Source: Bacteroidales bacterium
GTDB taxonomy: Bacteria > Bacteroidota > Bacteroidia > Bacteroidales > P3
Assembly: GCA_024400565.1 (NCBI GenBank)
Contig: JAKSMQ010000005.1
Location: forward strand, 651-64,650
Reading direction: 5' to 3'
Length of the DNA stretch: 64,000 nucleotides
Shown piece after piece: positions 63,516-64,000 of the stretch. The notes beneath the pieces were generated by a model. That model was not told the DNA's origin. It saw only the letters and a program-made list of their open reading frames with translations, and did not search any database. Within the stretch, counting starts at the first letter, position 1, and the number at the start of each line of letters is the position of its first letter. The position numbers and the translations under genes are program-made.

Positions 63516-64000
63516 CTATTTTCTGACCGTCTCTTTTCTCACATAGCGCAGGTCGAGGGCGTTCATGTCGTTGCTTCTCAGGCCGGATATTTCGGGATGG
63601 GTGAAATGGAGAATCTGGTCGTAATAGAGCACGATGACGGGAGCGTCGTCCATCAGGATAGAGTCCATCCTGTGGTACATCTCCATGCGCCTGTAGGTGT
63701 TGGTCTCCATCTTGGCCTTGTCGTAGAGCGAGTCGAACGTGGGGTTGGAGTAGTGGGTATAGTTGGGACCCGCGGGTGCGTGGTTGGGCGTGTAGAAGAG
63801 CGACAGATAGTTCTCTGCGTCGGGGTAGTCGGCAATCCACGATCCGCGGAACCAGTTGCTCTTTCCCTGGGCAATCTGTTCGCGAAGGGCAGCCGGAGGG
63901 TTGACGTCAATCTTTACCTTGATGCCTATCAGGTCGAGTTGCTGCTGGATATAGCGGCAGAGGTCGAGATAGGAACTGGTGGTGGCAAGCATGATTTCGG
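63516..64000 (-). CDS. ABC transporter substrate-binding protein (family 5, peptide/nickel type), C-terminal part only
   Basis: GSWIADYPDAENYLSLFYT...YSNPTFDSLYDKA...MDDAPVIVLYY is the typical C-terminus of this family. The frame stays open upstream of the ATG at 63992 to the window edge. Confidence 0.7.
   Translation of the reverse strand, partial: EIMLATTSSYLDLCRYIQQQLDLIGIKVKIDVNPPAALREQIAQGKSNWFRGSWIADYPDAENYLSLFYTPNHAPAGPNYTHYSNPTFDSLYDKAKMETNTYRRMEMYHRMDSILMDDAPVIVLYYDQILHFTHPEISGLRSNDMNALDLRYVRKETVRK

Overview
This looks like a chromosomal segment from a Bacteroidota genome, probably Prevotella-like. That call is an inference from three things: many genes are preceded by the Bacteroidetes-type TAnnTTTG -7 promoter box, Shine-Dalgarno sequences are absent, and the gene content fits. 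I recognised no rRNA, tRNA, CRISPR array, transposase or integrase.

Most of the window is ordinary, GC-richer housekeeping and envelope content:
- Housekeeping: radical SAM, queG, a THUMP methyltransferase, YihY, nadC, cinA, rubrerythrin, SOD, proS and priA.
- Envelope and transport: alkaline phosphatase, waaA, a BamA/TamA-like protein, polyprenyl synthetase and ExbB-ExbD-ExbD.
- An ECF sigma / anti-sigma / outer-membrane barrel islet.
- Glycan and peptide use: GH28, GH92 and DPP-IV.
- An imelysin / di-heme / CcsBA cluster, an MFS transporter and an envelope operon of unknown function.

The exception is a visibly AT-rich accessory stretch at about 2925-15150, lying between the radical SAM gene and queG. 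Its core (3501-10669, minus strand) is a tightly packed five-gene operon:
- a tail-anchored J-like protein without the HPD motif;
- a bitopic membrane protein ending in a GrpE-like domain;
- a divergent full-length Hsp70;
- a Ser/Thr-kinase-like domain fused to a classic AAA+ ATPase;
- a TerB-like protein.

This amounts to a complete, membrane-tethered Hsp70 / co-chaperone set wired to a kinase-AAA+ module and TerB. I do not recognise it as a named system, and I consider it the candidate novel (defence or stress-sensing) system in this window.

Around the operon are several unusual non-coding structures:
- a roughly 106-nt imperfect hairpin in the operon leader;
- a roughly 10-bp CTAGG repeat array carrying G8 and G11 tracts;
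- an array of CTACAA(A) motifs held in strict 11-bp register;
- three CTGGAAAAC direct repeats.
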